Source of the DNA: Salpingoeca rosetta
Lineage: Eukaryota > Protista > Choanoflagellata
Direction of reading: 5' to 3'
Length of the DNA: 64,000 nt
Assembly (NCBI GenBank): GCA_033442325.1
Contig: JAWQFM010000018.1
Location: 272,195-336,194 of the forward strand
Numbering within the stretch: position 1 is the first letter of the stretch; the number at the start of each line of letters is the position of its first letter. The translations under genes were made by a program, and so were the position numbers. The notes below the pieces were generated by a model. The model was given only the letters and a program-made list of their open reading frames with translations. It did not search any database and was not told where the DNA came from. Shown here one piece after another: positions 58,674 through 64,000 of this stretch.

Positions 58674-61600
58674 ACACGCAGCACCCACGGGCAACGTGAC
58701 CAACACGGACGTGACGACGACGTCGTCATCGCTGATGGTGGAGTGGCAGCTGCCGGAACCGCTGGAGCGGAAGGGGCTCATCACCAACTTCACCATTGTG
58801 TACTCGCGCCAGGACGACGACCCACGCGTTGCCACAGACTCGCTGGACAACTGCCCTGCGTCCGTGTGCAACTCGTTTGTGCCCGCAAACGGCGACGTGG
58901 TGTACACGTGGCCGCTGGTTGGCCTGGAGGCGTACGTCACATACACGGTTGAGGTCCGCGCGTGGACGTCTGCTGGCATTGGGCCCGCAGCCACGTTCGT
59001 CATCCGCACCGACGAGGCCATTCCGTCCGCCCCTGTTGTCTTTGGCGACGTGAGCGTCACGCCGCGTACAGTCGACATTGACTTTGACCCGCTCCCGGTT
59101 CCCGACCGCAACGGCATTGCTGCCTACACGGCCACGCTCACCATCTCCACAGACCCGTTCTACACGCAGAGGATCGACTCGGCGCTCGCTGCAAGCCTGC
59201 CCGTTGTGACGGAGTTTGAGAACCAGCCCAACAGCACCCTCACCTTCCAGGCCACTGGCCTGCAGCCATTCATGGAGTACACGCTGGAGGTTGTGCCGCA
59301 CACGAGCGTGGGCGACGGTGAGGCCAACACCATCACTGTGCTGACGGAGGAGGAAACGCCCACGGCACCAGCCATTACCAATGTGCAGGTGCTGGCAGAT
59401 GACACTGCACAGGAGAAGCGCGTGCGCGTGAGCGTGAACATCCGTCCACTCAACCGCCGCAACGGCGTGCTGCAGAACCTGACAATTGAGTACGGCAACG
59501 ACGCGTTTGGCGACCTGGCCACGCTGCAGACGCCGCTCACGTCGGCGGAGCGCGCCACCACCACTGTCTCGCGCGTCATTGATGGTCTGCGCGCCGGTGT
59601 GCTGTACAGCTTCACGGCGACGGTCGCCAACCGCGCGCCCGTGTCGCCCGAGTCGCCCACATCGCCCTCTTTCTCCAAGACCACAGATGAGTACATTCCA
59701 ACCGGCCCTGTGCTCAACCTGGTGGCTGCGGAGGAGACGGACGAAACAGACGCCTCCAAGCGCGTGCTGCTGACGTGGAACCCACCCACCCTTGCAACGC
59801 GCAACGGTATCATCACAGAGTACCGCGTTGTCGTGCGGGTGACGCCGAACCAGCAGGCGCAGGCGCAGGTGCACAGCGACCTCACGTATTCGCTGGCGGA
59901 ACTGGGCAGCAACAACCAGGGTGACGGCCTCAGTACGCGCTTCACTTCGCTGGGCGCATATGACAAGTACACGTTCTCGGTAACGCCGCTGACAGCCATT
60001 GGCGAGGGCACTGACACAACGACCGTGTCTACGCCAGACAACAACGGCATTCTGTCGCCGGCGCTGCCGGGCGCCAGTGTGGGCCAGCTGACCACCACCA
60101 AGGGCACGACCACGCTGGACGTGTCGTGGAACGCGCTCGCCGTGTCTGACTGGAACGACGCCAGCCTGCAGTACCGCGTGATTCTGACGCAACTTGCTGA
60201 TGACCACTCGGACACGCCCGCGGAGCACGTGGTGGCGACGCAGGAGACGTCCACCACAAGTGTCAGCTTCTCCGGGCTGCAGGAGTACGTGCAGTACAAG
60301 GTGGACGTGTACCCCATCAACTCTGTGTTTGTTGGCATGGAGCAGGCTGGTGGGTTTGACGCCAGTGCGCTGTTGACGACAAACACCGTGCGCACGGAGG
60401 CGGCACCGCCAGCCGCCACGCCCGTGATCACAGACCGCTCCAACGACGCGCACAGCATCACGGTGCAGTGGGGCCGCATTGCCATGCACGACTTCAACGG
60501 CCCGCCGCGCCACTACGTGGTCAGCTACAAGGGGCTTGCGGTGGATTACGTCGAGAACGGCGGGCAGAGCGCCACGTCTCCGGAACTGGACGCCACGGAC
60601 GTGATTGTGCCCTACGACGCCAGCGAGGAGAACCCCTCTGTGACGCTGACGGACCTGGAGCCAAACCGCATGTACGAGATCAAGGTGGCGCCCGAGAACA
60701 CCGAGTTTGCGCCGGGCCCCTTTAGCGCGACGGAGTCTGTGCAGACGTGGTCGTTTCGCCCGGCGGAGCTGCCGACGGTGCAGTTCCACGACGACCGGCC
60801 CAACGGCGAGAGCAAGCAGACAACGCTGCGCATCACGTGGCCCATCATCAACACGCGCTTTGGGCCCGTGCGCCAGGTGCAGGTCATCGTGGAGCCGGAG
60901 GACAGCCGCCACTTCAACACCATGTACAACTGCACGTCGGCCAGTGGCGAGGACGAGTGTGCCTTTGGCGGATGGGAGACGAGCGAGAACGCGCGGGTAA
61001 ACAAGCAGACGCCGCGCGCGTACATCGCCGTCCAGCGGCTGTACACCGGTGACGACGCGACGCAGACGAGTGGCTCGCTGGTGGTGGGCGACGAGCTCAA
61101 CTACGGCGGCTTCTTTAACGGCCCGCTGCGCGCTGGCACCACGTACACCGTGCGCCTGCGCGCCTTCACGCAGTCTGGCGACGGAACCGAGATGTTTGAC
61201 ACGGTTGGCACAATCTCAGAACCCGTGTACGACGAGAAGGGCCGCCTGATCTCGTCCCCACAGGCGTCCACGACCACATCCTCCTCGTCTGGGGGGAGCC
61301 CCGTTGGCATCATCGCTGGTGGCGCATCTGCTACGGCTCTGGTCCTCATTGTACGTTTGCACAACGCGGTTTTGTTTGCCTGCTGACCATCTGTATATGG
61401 CCTGACGGCAGCCTGTCGTCCTTGTGAGATGCTGTGCTGCGTTGCTTCAGACTACCCGTTCACATCGTCGTTGTGTGCACACTGGCTGGTGCGATTACGG
61501 CGTGTGCCAGGTGCTTGTTGTCGTGATCCTACAGGCGTGTCGATCTGGAACAACGAAGACGGCAAGACTGCCAGCGCCCGTGAGTTTATGTGTCCGTTTG

Positions 61601-62501
61601 CGTGTGCATGAATGCTGTATGCGTGTGCATGTATGTATGAAAACGTATGCGTGTGTGTGTGTGTGTGTCTGTGTGTCTCACTCGCTCACACTCACTCACT
61701 TGGTTGCTAGACAAACGACGGTCTCATGATGACTGCCAACAACCCGACGTTTTCACAACCCGGACAGCATGTCCACGACCATCACGGTATGTGCCGCTGC
61801 GCACAGAGATGCTTGTGCTTGAACGTACAGTGGGAAATGCGTTGCAGTCGTGTTGCTGTGTTGCTGTGTTGCTGTGTTGTGTGGGGGCACTTGAATGTGC
61901 AATGCTGCAGCTGCAGCCTCGACACCCTGCTGCGTGTGAACACACTTTCTCTCACACAGTGCACGTGGTCCACAACTGCTGTCATGTGCTGCGTTGTGCA
62001 GTGTATGCTGAACTGAGCACAAGCGAAGAGGAAGCGGCAGCGGCGAGGATGCAGCAGCTCCGGTTTCGATGGAACCCCGCCGTGTACGACATTGGCCCCG
62101 TTGATGGTGCAGGGGCGGCCACCAATGGCGACACGCTCGGCACACGTCTGCAAGGGATGGCATCCACACGGACGCATGCCTGGGAACCACACACGTTCGA
62201 TGTGTACGGCGGCCACGGCACCACCGCAGCAGGCAACGACAGCCCTGTGCGCGACGAGGAGCCAGCCGAGAGTGCAGCCGAGAAGACAGACGGTGCCTAC
62301 GACACGGTTATTGGCGTTGGCGTTGGTGGACTTCCAGAGTCGCAAGAAGAAGACGACGACACAGCAGGAGAAGAAAGAGAAGAAAGCCGGAAGAGGGAGG
62401 AAGGTCAGCAACTGGCGCAGTTACGTCTGAAGCAGAAAGACGATGAGTCGCCATATGAGGTCATCGAAGGCTTTGCAGACGTTGACATGAGCTCTGCGTG
62501 A
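49286..62501 (+). CDS. Giant type-I membrane protein: mucin-like + TNFR-like Cys repeats + TMEM132-like cohesin/Ig block + cohesin + dockerin + ~9 FN3 + RPTP-type juxtamembrane domain + TM + Tyr-motif tail. Reading frame disrupted three times.
   Basis: Signal LVARLLAAFVLGMACLTQCANAQ; long ORFs 49913-50812, 50834-51838, 52888-57417, 57723-58428, 58682-61350; TM GIIAGGASATALVLI|VLVVVIL; last exon ends 62501. Confidence 0.75.
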
Positions 62502-62508
62502 AGGATTG

Positions 62509-62580
<72 letters not shown>

Positions 62581-63404
62581 CGTCAACGGGACGTGCCTTT
62601 TGTGTGTTGTGTGTATTGCGGGCTTGCCTTTCGTTTCATCCAAGCGCATTAAACGACATGGTATGGACAGCGGTGGACAGAGAAGATGGTTGATTACACA
62701 GTCCATGAATGAAACACGTGGAAGTGCTGCAAAACGTGTGAAGAGCACCGATTCTATCCGCTGGTTCATGTTTCCTCACTGGCTCTCGCTTGGTGGGTCA
62801 AACATCACCCAAGCACACCCACACACATGCACACGCACACACACATATGCGCGCGCACACACACACACACACATTCACTCACACATTCACTCACACACAC
62901 ACACACACATGCGCACACACACACAAGCGAGTCGGGTGTTGTCACGCTGGTTGAAACACATGCTTTCATCAACTCATGCTTTCATCATCAACGACGAGTG
63001 GGCACACGGCAAAGAGAAACAACAGAGCAGCCAGCCAGGTAGCTGCAACCGAGAACCAGCAACGCTAAAACAGTTGTCATGTAAACTGTAACATAATGTA
63101 ACACGCGCACAGAAACACGGGTGTGTCCAGAGTGGCACACCCGCCTGCGGCCACTCCCCTCCTACATGTGATCTACGCACCACAAAGCAAATACCAAGTT
63201 CGCAGGCACGCGCACGACACAGCAACAAGAGCGACAACAACAAGAATGTAGAAGCACGTTTAAGTCCGAGGGTAGCGAAAGCGGAGTTGAAACGAGGGGA
63301 GTGAAAGTCGGGCAATGCAATGAAATGAGAGCAAGCAAACAAATGAACAAGTAAGCAAATGAACGCAAAAGGAGACAGACAGGCAAGAGCGACTATGAAA
63401 GCGG

Positions 63405-64000
<596 letters not shown>

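Noticed and set aside
52825-61100. Long minus-strand ORFs (577 and 728 aa)
   Set aside because: Shadows of GC3-rich sense codons of the giant receptor.

Overview
Intron-rich eukaryotic genomic DNA with (CA/GT)n microsatellites in most introns. Gene content and style point to a choanoflagellate, probably Salpingoeca rosetta (inference). About 15 protein genes can be reconstructed: PH-RhoGAP (+), ARP4/BAF53 (-, 3' end missing), E(z)/EZH2 (+), an 89-aa STF2/PDCD4-motif protein (+), a tail-anchored repeat coiled-coil protein (-), a PCIF1/CAPAM homolog with an altered catalytic motif (+), a signal-peptide ankyrin protein ending in HDEL (+), RPF1 (+) hosting two tandem ~225-nt box C/D RNA candidates, an intronless ~1400-aa ORF (-), a DHHC palmitoyltransferase (-), a histidine phosphatase (+), a secreted 7-repeat beta-propeller (+), HOP2 (+), an Eph-like receptor tyrosine kinase (-) and a ~13-kb giant surface receptor (+). 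Partial genes lie at both edges. Best leads: (1) the head-to-head Eph-like kinase / giant receptor locus, where a cohesin and a dockerin flank furin sites; (2) the duplicated intronic C/D RNA with a guide complementary to the sarcin-ricin loop; (3) PCIF1 NPPF->GPPY; (4) the ER-luminal ankyrin protein; (5) the stand-alone ribosome-binding-motif microprotein. All assignments come from motif recognition by eye; no searches were run.
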